A stretch of 53,390 nt of DNA, the filler included, from Bipalium vagum (Eukaryota), in assembly GCA_037834085.1 (NCBI GenBank). It is 3 parts of 3 records of this genome, joined end to end, with 100 filler letters (N's around TTAATTAATTAA, not from the genome) between each part and the next. Parts side by side here need not be neighbours in the genome. Positions count along the whole stretch, not along the records: positions 35,744 to 53,390 come from JBBMKC010057678.1; 2 more parts are not named here. The stretch is one strand, 5' to 3'. The notes under the pieces are model-generated. The model ran no database searches and was not told the DNA's origin. It saw nothing but the letters and a program-made list of their open reading frames with translations. Of this stretch, positions 37,968 to 50,699 are shown in pieces (position 1 is the first letter of the stretch; every line of letters begins with the position of its first letter). A program made the translations under genes and the position numbers.

Positions 37968-38943
37968 CGCGGTGCGCCCACTAAATACTTAGACTCGACA
38001 TGAAATAATTACTTTATACAAAAGATATTCTTGGTATTGAAGCAAACAAATACCCAAGAAGTTATTAATCAACTGCAGGATGCTTACAAGGGTGAGTGCC
38101 CATGTAAAACGACAATTTATAACTTGGATGTTGCATATATTGCTGCATGGAATGGGCAATAGGAAGTTGTATTCACGATTTGTGCCACGATGTCTCACAG
38201 GTGATATGCAACAACGCCAACTAAAATGTTATGAGAAAAATTTGGAGATCTACATAAAACTAGGAGATGATTTTCTCAATAACATAATCACGGAAGATGA
38301 GACACCTTTGAGAATGTATATATCGGAAATCAAACGCGAATCTGCCGAATTGAAGATGTCAGGGGAGAGACCAACATTAAAAATGAGAACTAGTACATCT
38401 CATAAAAAATTTCTGATGCTGACAATCTTTTGGGATATGAAAGGCATTCTCTATGTTAAATTTAATACATCTGATGACAAAGTTAATTCAGAATATTATG
38501 CACCACGTATAAAGAAAGTAAAAGGAAAACTACAAAAAGAGGAAAGACTGAGCTATGGCTCTTGCAAGATAATGCTCCAATCCATACATCCCATCTGATA
38601 AAATCAAAAATTGATTATTACTCGTTCCTAACCCACAATAGAGTCCCGATCTCATTCCCAGTGAATTTCGCTTCTTTCGTTAACTGAAGAAGGATTTGCG
38701 AGGAAAATTATTTGATTGGGGCTTTGATTTGCAGAACTTTCACGGATTTGTTGAAATCGTACTCCAATACCTTTTATGAAAAAGGTATTTTGGATTTGTT
38801 GTATCGTTGGCAAAAATGTGTGGATGTTGGTGGAGGTTATATTGAAAAATTAATATAATTTCTTGCTACATCATTGTTATTGAAAGTTTAAATAAAATAT
38901 GTGTAATAATTATTCAGTCAAAGTACTTAATGGGCCCAATATG
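37968..38943 (+). mobile_element. Mariner element with both TIRs, N-terminal deletion and frameshifts
   Basis: TA|cgcggtgcgcccactaaatacttagact ... agtcaaagtacttaatgggcccaatatg|TA. Motifs SRFVPRCLT, IITEDET, MLTIFWDMKG, QDNAPIH, SPDLIPSEF and RWQKCVD.GGGYIEK. Confidence 0.93.
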
Positions 38944-39064
38944 TAATTACTACGTTTGTGTTAATACGAAAAAAGAGAAGGATATCCACATTATAATTTT
39001 TTAAAAAAGACGTTCTGATTTAAATTTTCATATATAAGTCTATAATATATGGATAAAAGAAATA

Positions 39065-39067
<3 letters not shown>

Positions 39068-39142
<75 letters not shown>

Positions 39143-39143
39143 G
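39068..39143. repeat. (TTA)n microsatellite
   Basis: Direct observation. Confidence 0.97.
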
Positions 39144-41439
39144 GTTAAATTGACATTTTTGAGCATGTCAGATGTTGAGGTATGATCTAAATGTGCTCTA
39201 ATTCGTTGTACTAATTATGAGATGAAATTAAACGTTTTACGGTTGTTGATGAAAACAATCAATATCTTACGCATAGAAAGAATAAAATAATTATTTTCAA
39301 CATGTAATTTTCTCTTCCATTATCATTTTAATATTTTTGCTAACAAGTTATAACGATTATACATTTCTGGGAATTTATTTAATCTAATCCAAAAATGAAA
39401 ATGATTTGCAAATCTTAATAATTTTTTGCAATTAATTATAAAATGTAAAACGACGTCAACATGTTTTTATTCTTTCTCTAATCTTCTCTAATACCTACGA
39501 TAATCTCGGACATTCTCTGAATTCCTATGCAAATAAAGAGTATGTTGGGGTTCTTAGGTTGGACAGTATTAGGCGGAAATCAATTAATATAAGAAATCGC
39601 AATGTTTATTTAAATAAATTGTAATGAAGTTGTTATGAAAATCAATCTCAAACTGACACGGTAATTGTAAATTATTAAACATTATTTTATAAAATTAGAC
39701 AAATTATTTATTTATTTTTTCTTAGGTTCTTTTTAAAATAATTAAAGCAGGTTTTATTTATACAATATTTATTTATCTGGGATATTTTCAAAAATTTAAT
39801 AACACTTTTGATAACAACGAAAACAACATACTTAAGTAAATGAGATTATTGGCTTTAAAGGATTTGTTCCAACCAATCCTTTAAAAATGTATCCTCATAC
39901 TAAAACACCATGATGAAAAGTTTTAATCTGAATGAACGTTGAGACATTTAAACTTTTAAAAAATATTTTTATAGTAGAAATATAAAAAAAAATTATAGAC
40001 ATGTTTTGTTATTCCTTCGGTTAATTTTTAAAACAATTCTCATGGGGAACATAAGAAATAAGAATGTTTATATATATACATGCATAATGGTATAGAAACG
40101 TTCATATGATCATAGAGGTCGGAGAAATAACACTTGGTATTATTAGGACTAGTAATAAATAACCTATATTTTTATAATATAATGTAAATATTGAAGTTAT
40201 TTTAACATATCAATTTAAAATTGATTTTCCGGTCAAATATTCATTAATTTATCATAATCAATTATCATCATATACATAATTCTATGATTCATATTTTTCA
40301 ACGACCTTGAATAAATTGGTGAACACGTGGCTTTTACCATCATCAATATTGTCTCGTTTTATTGAACAAAGAAGGTTTCTTCTGTTTGTATTCCTTAAAC
40401 CACCGATAAATTGTATTTTTGCACTATTTACCATTTACCAAAAGGAAATCGTTATTACAATTATTAACATTTTTATAAATAGTATATTTATCCATTACGA
40501 ACACATTTTCACAAATCTTTTTCTCGTGGTTTTCAAAAACGCAACGACCTACTCTTATTTTAACTGAAAAATATTAAATAATATTTTCCATTTCTCTCTT
40601 TTCCATTTTGAAAGTACATCTTACAGCTGATTAGTCTAGTCTGTTGAAGAAAGCCTATTTAAATACGCTTTCTGTTATAACACAAAAAAATCAGTAATAA
40701 TTTTCTTTTTATTTAAAAAGTAATATTTAATTTTTTATTTTATATTACGATTTATTTTTGTTACAATAAACTGATAAATTTTGCAAATAACTTTATAGAA
40801 ATTATTATTTATCGCATAAATTTATTTATTTAATATTTTACAATACATTTCAAAGATTTAAAGTCATCAATATCACTTATGTTTTCATATTTTGTTCCTA
40901 ATCGTTTCAAATATTTTTTATTAAAAGAAATTTTTGCATTGAACTTTCAAATCCAAAAATAAATAATAAACATTTTTCTTGATCAATATTATCCATAAAA
41001 GATAACAATATAATATTTGTGAAAAGTTAATCAATTTAAAAATTATCCAAAGGAAATTAAATTTAAAAAATCGATTTATTTTTCTAAAAGAAAAATTAAA
41101 TAAAATGAAATTTTAATAACATTGAAAGAAAAATTATATATATAAATATGTATATATGCAAATTATAAAGAATTATACAGAAGGTGTATTTGATAATAAT
41201 GCAGATTTGTTTTAAATAGAGAATTTATAGTTTTATAAAATACATTTTGTGATAAATCATCTTATTTTATTAAATGTTGGGAAACATGTAGTGTTATTGT
41301 CATCAATATTTTTAAGCTTATCAATTTTGAAAGTCCTTTTTAACAAACAATGTTTGCTGAATATGTATATTTTCTAATTTTTATTTAAATATTTCTATTA
41401 AATAAATATGCAAATTGTGAGGTATATTGAAAATTAGTA

Positions 41440-41511
41440 GGCGATGTAGCTCAGCGGTCAGAGCAGTGCATGCGCATGTGAAGGTTCCGGGTTCGAATCC
41501 CGGTATGTCCG
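41440..41511 (+). tRNA. tRNA-Ala(CGC)-like pseudogene or tRNA-derived SINE head
   Basis: GGCGATGTAGCTCAGCGGTCAGAGC...CCGGGTTCGAATCCCGGTATGTCCG. A box, B box, D arm and T arm intact, TTTT at 41517-41520. The acceptor stem has two mismatches, the anticodon stem does not pair and position 33 is G. Confidence 0.75.
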
Positions 41512-43299
41512 ATTAATTTTCAACTAACACAAATAATTAATAATATTGGTGGATATTGGTCTTTCTGTTAAGGTTGATTTAAAACGTTTTAAAAATGACC
41601 ATTTTCATATTGAATATTGTTTAAAAAAGCAAAATGGTTGGAATGTTCAGATTAATCAATGATTATGATTGGGATATTATCCATAAATTACCTGATAAAT
41701 GAGAAACATGTATCTAACAATGAACAATTGTTTAAACGAGCTATTTCTGACGTTCCTAATGAAGTTATTGTGAGATGGTAATTTAAAAATTCACAAGATT
41801 AACAGGTAATACAAAATCTTTGGTACATATATTTAGGACATAACGATACCCGTTCATTTATTGATTGATTATAATTTTAATTTAAATCATGTTTAGTTAT
41901 GGATATCATTAGGAAAGATATTTGAGGATCCTGAAATGATATGGGCAATAATTTTGTGAACAATCGATTTTTTAAAATAAAAATACGTTGAAAATAATTT
42001 TTATTACTTTATCAAGACAAAATTATACTAATTAAAATTAATCTTTAATAATAATAAAAATAATAAATTTATAAATAAATAATAAAAAAATTCTTTTTGC
42101 TGCTGTATTATAAAAACTTTCCCATAAAATATTTCAAAATGTATTTTAATCTTCCTTTTGTATTCCGATTTGTTAAATAATAATAAATAATAATATTATT
42201 ATTTAAGAAAAACTATGTATAAAAAATTATTTATAGATATTTTAAATAATATTTCTCAATGATATATATATATTTTCTTATTTTAATTTGTTTTTTGGAA
42301 TTATAAAAGTAATTATAAAATAACATTTTAAAGTCTGAAAATATTGATTTAAATAAAAGGGAAGTCTTCTAGGAATTGGTTGAGTCTATGAAATTAATAT
42401 TATTCCAATATTTTTAATAAAAATAGCAATTTATATATTTTATTTATTAAAAATATTATTTTATTTTTCTAAATTTAAAGAGGCTTATTGAAAATATCTA
42501 TTTAATTTATAATTTTGTCAAAAGAATAAGGCTTACGACACATACACACATATATAGACGTTAATTATCAAAAATTTGAAAAATCTATTTAATTAAATTA
42601 ATTTTTTATGTAAAACTTAATAAAATTCTGAATATCAATTCTTCACATCGATCTTCAATCTTGACAAAATCAATAATCTATATGAAATATATAATTTATA
42701 AGACTTTAAGTGACTTTATATAATTATTGTTTATTTTATTTAATTTCGTTTATATATATCTTTTCTTTTTCTTTTTTATTTTTCCTTATATGATATTTAT
42801 TTTGTTATTATATATATTATATTATGTTTACATACCAGCTAATTATAATTACATAATGATAATATTAATTAAAATCAAATTAGTTAATCACATTCATACA
42901 AAAATGATTTTCTAATTAACAAATTAATATTAATATTAATATTACTACTAATAATATTATTAATTAAACACTTATCAGCATTAAATATTATTACAAAAAC
43001 TTTTCATAAAAACAGCGAAAATGTTGCATAAAAACGTAACAAAATATTGTTTCGAAGTCCATTGTCAGTGATGAAGGAAAAAAGAAAATATGTCAAGAAA
43101 AAGAAACTGAATTGCAAAAAGTATCGTAATAAAAAATTCCATTTGGATTCCTTTTTAGTAAGGAAAATGGATTTTGAATTGGGTCTCCCCTATTGGTCGA
43201 ATGAATACTAATGAAGTGTTAGTTCATTTCTGTTCTTTCATTTGATTATACCAATGATCTGTGACCGTTTAGTTGTTCACCACTAATTCATGTGGTACA

Positions 43300-45069
43300 A
43301 TGAATTCCATGAAGAAATTGGCGATCAGTCCTCCGACCAAAAAGTTCAGAAAGATCCTGTCCTACAGGACGCTGGGAATCGGTCTTTCGTTCTGTCGAAA
43401 GAGTACCATTCATGGTCTCAACCATGTCGCCAGCTCGAGAGGCGTCGGTCAACGATTGTTTTGGCTTTGCATCTGTTTCAGTGCATCCGTTGGAATGTTT
43501 ATAAGCATGTATTTTTTGATCGACAAATTCATCGAGAGACCGGTACTGACAAACATTTTACAAGATCACGATTATTTCACTTATCCGGACATTTCCTTCT
43601 GTTTTACTAATCCGATTTATTTCCCTCCACTAAATACGACTTACTACACTTATTTGTTGCAGAAATATGAAGACTACAAAGTTTTCAAATCTAAAAACCA
43701 TAGATTCATCACCAATCATATAAAGTTTGGAGAGTTTCTCTTCATGGAGAAAAACTCCAGTTATACCCATCCATCATGGTCTACTGTTATCAATTGTAAC
43801 TACTTAGGCTTGCGGTGCTCATATCAAAATTTCATACCGAGATTTCTGTTTCCATTCGGAGCTTGTTATACATTCAACTCGACCTCAGTTGAAGAATCAG
43901 ATGCGCAGTTTCGTCAGCATATGACAACAAATCGCGAGTTGGAACTCATTATTTACAAAGCCGTTGATATCATTCCCGGCGAAATAAGTGATCCTTTTGA
44001 GAGTGTCTTGATGCCTTCGGGGATGTTAATTATGATTCATGATAAAGAAACGTGGCCCCAGATAAGGGAGAGTTATGTTTTAGATGGATACAGTCAGATT
44101 GATTTGAAGATTGTCAATAAGGTCCATCTCAATGTCGGAAACAGATGTAGACCCATCAAAGATAAGTTTTCGTATTATGATGTTTTTACGAAGATCAATA
44201 CATCTGTATACGGAAAGTATTCGGACTGTGTTTTCCAAAATGTTCAGCGAGAGGTTTCTCGCTTTTGCCACTGTCAGTGGCCAAAAATGCAAGTGCTTTC
44301 AGAATTTCATAATTTACGTTTTTGTTTGGATGGTCATTTACACATTAAAAAATTTTACGAATGTCTGCAGGAGGCTTATGCAGAACTGGACAACGGAATA
44401 CTACAGAAATGTTATATGGATGATTGTATACATAATACCTATGAAACAGTGATTTCTCAAAGTAAATTTCCGGCTATGATAGAAAGGAAAACCCAGCAAA
44501 AATGGTTGAATATACTTGCTGATCTGGAAGAAAAGGAAGTGAACTATTTTGGAAAATCCGATCTTCATCTGAGAGCTTTGAAGTCGTCCAGACAGCGTAA
44601 AACCAACATCAGTACAGCTTTAATTAACAAACAATGGCATCTGTTAGATGATGATTTCGTTGAAAGGAACTTCATGATGATTAAAGTCATGCCAACTTCA
44701 ATGTTCATTGATAAAATAGAAGAAACAGAAGAATATCCCATCAGTCGATTACTAGGTGATATTGGGGGCTGTGTTGGGTTATGGATCGGAGCCAGTCTCA
44801 TAACCATATTTGAGTTTGTAGATCTCATCATGGACTTTTCAGAAACGAGAATCATTCCATATAGACAAAAATCTCACAAGACCCGATCGAATTATTTCAA
44901 TTCCTTCTTGAAGAAGAACTGTTTTCCATTGAACTCGAACAGATCCCCAAGACACGATATGGTTTTCGAAAACACTATCCCATTGGAAATTGCAAATTCA
45001 CCAAACGAAAAACTGTACCCTGAGGATTCAGCCTGTGGGAAAGATATTATTAAAATATCCAATGTATAA
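43300..45069 (+). CDS. DEG/ENaC/ASIC-family (FaNaC-like) sodium channel subunit, single coding exon
   Basis: STIHG pre-TM1 motif, TM1, YPDISFC post-TM1, GACYTFN, G.LIMIHD, Cys-rich thumb, TM2 LLGDIGGCVGLWIGASLITIFEF. First in-frame ATG is 43300 (the track starts at TTG 43273). Confidence 0.96.
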   Translation: MNSMKKLAISPPTKKFRKILSYRTLGIGLSFCRKSTIHGLNHVASSRGVGQRLFWLCICFSASVGMFISMYFLIDKFIERPVLTNILQDHDYFTYPDISFCFTNPIYFPPLNTTYYTYLLQKYEDYKVFKSKNHRFITNHIKFGEFLFMEKNSSYTHPSWSTVINCNYLGLRCSYQNFIPRFLFPFGACYTFNSTSVEESDAQFRQHMTTNRELELIIYKAVDIIPGEISDPFESVLMPSGMLIMIHDKETWPQIRESYVLDGYSQIDLKIVNKVHLNVGNRCRPIKDKFSYYDVFTKINTSVYGKYSDCVFQNVQREVSRFCHCQWPKMQVLSEFHNLRFCLDGHLHIKKFYECLQEAYAELDNGILQKCYMDDCIHNTYETVISQSKFPAMIERKTQQKWLNILADLEEKEVNYFGKSDLHLRALKSSRQRKTNISTALINKQWHLLDDDFVERNFMMIKVMPTSMFIDKIEETEEYPISRLLGDIGGCVGLWIGASLITIFEFVDLIMDFSETRIIPYRQKSHKTRSNYFNSFLKKNCFPLNSNRSPRHDMVFENTIPLEIANSPNEKLYPEDSACGKDIIKISNV

Positions 45070-45628
45070 TTTCCATAAGATGCCAATATATTATGTAGTT
45101 ACTTTTTAAAATTTGATTTTCTTCTTTTTCAAAAGATGTCCCTTTAAAATACCTATGGAGGTGTATGATAACAGAAAAAAGAATAATTGGTTTAATGTGG
45201 TTAAGAATAGGCCTTGTCTCGAATTTTATTTTTATCTGATGTTAGAAATGTTCAGTGAGGTCCAGATAAAGTCATTAAAAATGTATTATTTTGAACTGAT
45301 CCGGTCATTAATGATCGGAATACTAAAATAATGATTCAAGAGTGAGATTATACGGATTTGTAAAACTCTACTAAATGGGATCACCTTATTAAAATGTTTA
45401 GCAAATTCCTTGAAAATCTCCTTTTCCTATGAATTTACCTGCTCTCTGGTTTTCATATCATTTACCATAATATTAATTTAAATTTTTTCGTCCTATTTTA
45501 TTATTATAATAATATATTAAAACAAAATAATAACAATATTTTTTACAAAATTTTTGAAAATTAAAATAAAATTACTTTGCATTTCTGTAACAATATCGAC
45601 CATTTTTAGTCGGATCACTCTCAGTAGA

Positions 45629-48020
45629 TCATGTCCTGGATGTAATTTTTAATTCTCCTGCTTTGTTATATACAATGACTTTCAGTGAAGAATGTAATGA
45701 TATCTGAAGAGTCTCGGTAAATATTGGTGTCTTGATTTATTATATTTTTAATCAGAAAATATATCGCAAGAAAATTCCTTGTAAGTATATCTGCCCGAGG
45801 AAAATGTATAATGATTTTTAGACCTTGATTTTATAAATTGAATTAGTCATCTTTTCTTTAGTTTTCATTATCACAATTACTTATTTCATATACTTATTTC
45901 AAAAATACAGTAAAGAAAAATAACTCTAAAAACTAAAATTTTGGAGATTTATTCGACATTTCTAAAACACCAGTAACATTAAACATTGGAGGTTGTAATT
46001 ATTTAATGAATCAATCATCAGCATCATTGGCAGCCTCTACACGACGCCTAAATCGAGAACAGGCCATTTAACAACACAATGAGACATTTTGAAGTTCTTG
46101 GTATATTCTATTTTGCAGCTCGTCTTTGTTAATGCGGACAGTCTTATTTTTTATCTTTTCAACAGCGTTCTATACCTAATAGGCAAGCAGATTACAATTA
46201 GGAATGGTATACTCTAAAAATTTAATGACAACCATTTTTGAGTTTTCTTGTCCGTTTGTGCTGGAGCTGAATCTTGTTGAAACACGTAAGATTTCTTAGT
46301 GGCCACTCTTTCTATCCAAGGTTTTACGATATTTGAAAGAATATCCTGATTCACTCTAAGAATTTACAAAAAGACCTTACTAAAAGCCATGAAATTTGAA
46401 AGAAATTTTCTTTTTATGAGTCAAATAACTGCTTCCTGATTCTTTGAATGGTTTTCAGAGTCAACTTCAGTTTCTCACAAATATCATGGTTTGTCATTCC
46501 GGCACAAATTCCATATACTATAGCTTTTCTTTTCTATGCTTCAGACCTCTAATGATTGTTCAATTCTGAGATATTTCCACTTTTGAATAAACCATAGATC
46601 AAAATAAATTAATCGATTAAAACAATGATATAAATTCAATCGTTTTGTAAGATTTTACATTTAGAAAATTGCATCAATTCTACTAGTGTACTCAGTATAT
46701 AAATGACTTTCAGCTGAATTTGGTGTAATACAGTACTTATCTGTCTTAACTTTTTCGTTAATATCCAATAATCCATAAAAAGACATTGTTCATCTAAGTA
46801 TAGATGACCATATTCGTAATATATATTTGAAAACTATAATAAATATTTACTTAAATTACTTTCAAAGTTACCGTTTTGATCTTTCGGTAATTGTTCGTTT
46901 TTCAATTGGGTTCCTAAAAATCCTGTTTGAAAACTTACAATAAAATAAAATTTGATCATAAAAAGCACCAAATCATATCTAAATGTATTTATTTATTAAA
47001 ATTTGTTTAGTAAAAGTATGAGACATCATATCATATGATTTTTAGTATACAAACAGAAGATTGATTCATTGGAAGCTTTGAAGACCGTAATAATTGACAC
47101 ATTCACTTACCTGCATAGAACTGAACTTTACCCCTTTGAAGTCATTCTTCAGAAACTAAAATTAATGATAACGATACCAAATTCATTGATTATCATTTAA
47201 TTGATTATCATTTAATTATCATATATCATTACTTCCCTGCAGAACTCGATCACTATTTGATAGTAATTCAAAGATATATATAATCTGATATTGTCGTACT
47301 GAAACAATTGATCTTTCTTTATATCAAATGTAACCTAATCTCCAATCTTTACTTTATTCTTGTTAATTGATTACAAAACAGATCAGAACTAATATCCTTT
47401 TTTATGGCAGGATGTCATAATTAATAATTTCTTTCCAATCCCTCCTGTCAACCAACTGAAAAAAATATTTGGAAATAATTAAAAATTTATGAAATTTTTT
47501 TAATTCAGTAGACCTAAGTTTGCATGAATAAACTTCGATCTCAAAATTCGGGTCTGTGTTAAATTCATCTATAATGACCAAAATCTGTAGGGTGAGAAAT
47601 TAGAACACCAAATTAATAATATATTACTATAATTATTTATACAGAATACTGATTTAAACTGTGTTAAAAAGAAACATTTTGATTATTTAAACTGAAAAAA
47701 TTGATTATAAAAAAATCACAAATGAGATTGATAATTGTAGTAAATAATTATTAAGATAATGATTGATCGACGATTTATATTGATCGTTTTGCATTAGTAG
47801 AAATCTTCAACTCCTATTAACAGTTGTGATAGTAGAGGTTCATTTCTCTTAATGAGCTTAATCTTAGGCCTATGCTTACTTCATCACGGATGTCACAGCA
47901 GGATTCATTCACTTGAGAGGTCGATTTGAGAAGACTCATTTTGTAGCATTGATTTACAGATGATGTATAAAGAATCTGCGAAATGAGAAAATAAAATAAA
48001 AAAAAATTACGTACGGACAT
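45629..48020 (-). CDS. Hypothetical small secreted protein (about 108 aa) with short phase-0 exons
   Basis: Exons 48020-47880 (signal-like N-terminus, donor GTAAGC), 47298-47233 (66 nt), 47155-47111 (45 nt, donor GTAAGT) and 45703-45629 (to TGA). All splice in frame. No recognised homology. Confidence 0.4.
45990..46600 (-). mobile_element. Decayed maT/DD37D-like Tc1-mariner remnant
   Basis: YVFQQDSAPAQTDKKTQKWL and ACSRFRRRVEA motifs. Confidence 0.8.
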
Positions 48021-48449
48021 CCATATAATCTAAAAGAGTCGAACCTGCTTAATAGGGCAGAAATACAGAATAAATCGATTAATGACCATTTCAACTTATA
48101 AAAATACAAACTATTATAACGTTATTATTTTTTTTTAAATAAATAAATAATTTTTTAACTGAGCTGCATTTAATTTAAACTTGTATCAAAAAGAAGAAAA
48201 TAATCTTGTGAACTGTCACTTTTGTATTAAAAATGTGCTTTATTTAAATCTATCTATTTTTAGAAACTACACAAAAGTAGGTTTTTGTTTAAATGAATAA
48301 CTGATGAAAAATATTTTGAATTTAAGTATGAATTTTGATTTGAAAATTGATTTATTCGATTTTATAATGGTAATGGATATAATTCCAATGATGCAATTAT
48401 AGATATCAATAGCAAAAAAAAACGAATAGCACACCAACAAGTTCTGCAT

Positions 48450-48800
48450 TATTCAAATGTTGAAGAAGTTTGAGGAGACTGGAAGTGTTGTCAACATACC
48501 TCATGGGTATAAAATATTGAATTGTTGATATGCATGGTAAGAAGTTAATTCTCAGATAATTATTGGAAACTAATATCCCACTTATTCAACGAAATTTAAA
48601 AGATAAGTTAATGTAGCTGTTTCATGAGCTGAAATACGCAGCTATGAGCAATTGAATTTTTTGCAGCATCAGGATATCCTGGGACCTCGCAACAGTTGAT
48701 TATTGGTTTAAGGTTTCTCTGAAAACAAAGATTTAATATTACCGAAAACTAAAAAACTACTAAATGAAGAGTATTTACTATCAAAGAGCTACAAACCGCA
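48450..48800 (+). mobile_element. Tc1-mariner N-terminal remnant
   Basis: MLKKFEETGSVVNIP HTH-type motif; the rest is degraded. Confidence 0.45.
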
Positions 48801-49595
48801 ATATTAGCAGTCCAACGAAGAATTTAGTTAATGTTATTTGTTAAAATAACTTTGAGAACATAATATAGGTAAAAATATATGTTTTTGTTATGAATTCATT
48901 ATTGAAAATTTTCATTAATATATTAAACTAATCTTTTATTTTTTACATTTTTCTAAATATTTTTAAAAAAGAAATTTAAATAGTTCCCTTAAAAAGTTTA
49001 AAAAATTAATTATAAAAATTAAATAAGCTTTTTTATAATTAAAAAAATCATTTTAAAATATTTTCTTAAAATAATTTTTATAATTAACTTTAAATAAAAA
49101 TATAGAAAATAAAAAAAATAGAAAGGGATATTAGACATGCGTTATAATGTTTTGTTTTTAGAAACACTTAATTAATTGCAAAAAGCAGAAAAAGTCTACT
49201 TCAAAATAAATCTTATTAATTAAATTTTCTTAGTGAATAATTCAATAAAGTAAAATAATCTTAGATTAATTATATTTAAAATTATTATGCATGGATTATT
49301 ATTATTAAATTATTATTATCTAATTTATTTATTATTATTTATAAATAAAACATTTTCTTTACCGTAAAATCGTATTAATATTTGATTAGCTTTAAGAGGT
49401 TGTTTTTTATGAATTTCTTATATATTATTTATGTAATTTACGAAAGCCATACATTTTAACCTTTTTTAATGAGACTATATTTATTATCTATCATCTATTA
49501 TTAATTATTAAGTGTCCATAAATTCTCTGAGTTTTTGTAAACTGTTTACAAAAAAAAATAATTCAAAATAATTAATAAAAAATAAAATCTGTATA

Positions 49596-49621
49596 AATAA
49601 TAATAATAAAAAAAAAAAATA

Positions 49622-49655
<34 letters not shown>

Positions 49656-49820
49656 TGCTAGACTGCTATTAAAACTTTAAAATATTTTCTTTGACAGTTT
49701 TTATTTAAAAAAAAATAAAAAAAGATGTTTTTATTGAATCACTACAGAATAAATGTTTAGGAGGCTCTACAATAGTAATAATAATAATAATAATTATTAT
49801 TATTATTATTATCATTATAT
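49596..49820. repeat. (AAT)n / (ATT)n low-complexity tracts
   Basis: Direct observation. Confidence 0.85.
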
Positions 49821-50699
49821 AAAGTGATATTTATATAACAAATATTCACCTTTTATTAAGTTATACTTGAATGTTAAGAACGTAGTTTTATAAATCACAT
49901 GCTTGTATCTTTAAAATAAATTTTATATTTCTTCCATTCTTATTTTATGTCAATTAAAATAAATGATGTTTATTTACAAATTACAAAAGGTTACTGATAA
50001 CATTACTTTTAATTAAAAATTATTAAAAAATTATTAGTGGATATTGTAAAATCACATTTGATAATAATTCGAATAATTAAAAATTAATTACATATAATAA
50101 TTAAATACAGAAAATTCATTTAGACGTCTGCAATCTGTAGTTACATTATTTCCCATTAAAATGATTTTAATTTGATAATAATTATGAATAATTATTCGAC
50201 AATTAGTGAAATAGAAGAAAATGATTCTGTACTTAATATCAATGAACAGGATCATGTCAAAATAGATCCATTTAAATATTCAACTGCGAAACGTTTTAAT
50301 TTGATAATGATTAAATTAAAAAAATTATACTAATTAAAAATATTTACAAATAAATTTTTATTATTAACTTTTTTGAGGAATGGTATTTCTTAATAATGTC
50401 GACAAGATGGAAAATACTTTTCAGATTTTTGTTCATATAATTTATGATTATTTTTAACTTTATTTTAGAGAAAAAAGATTTTCTGAAATTTTCAAGTTTA
50501 AAAATAAATATAATCTAAGTTAAAAATAAGAAAATATTTAAAATCGATATTTTTTTTAGAAAAATTGTAATTTTTTTTTCAATTTTTATGTTTAGTTTGA
50601 GGTATCAAAATAAATTTGGTAAGAAATTGAATTTTTCAAATAAATAAACTGGTATTATTTATATTTGAAAAATATCTTAACATACTTTTTAATATCTAT

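Noticed and set aside
37180-39530. Possible minus-strand micro-exons (GIQRMSEIIV near 39500; GPRTDTSTDAFEDETMR near 37200) making the channel a nested gene
   Set aside because: Phase-compatible with each other but cannot be tied to a start codon or any homology; too likely to be chance.
42727-42915. Membrane-peptide-like ORF (similar ones at 8821, 15672, 26560 and 48267)
   Set aside because: F/I/L/Y/N/K-rich translations expected from very AT-rich non-coding DNA.
43290-45086. Overlapping ORFs 43290+, 44080-, 44111+, 44565- and 44892-
   Set aside because: Shadow frames of the DEG/ENaC CDS with no independent signal.
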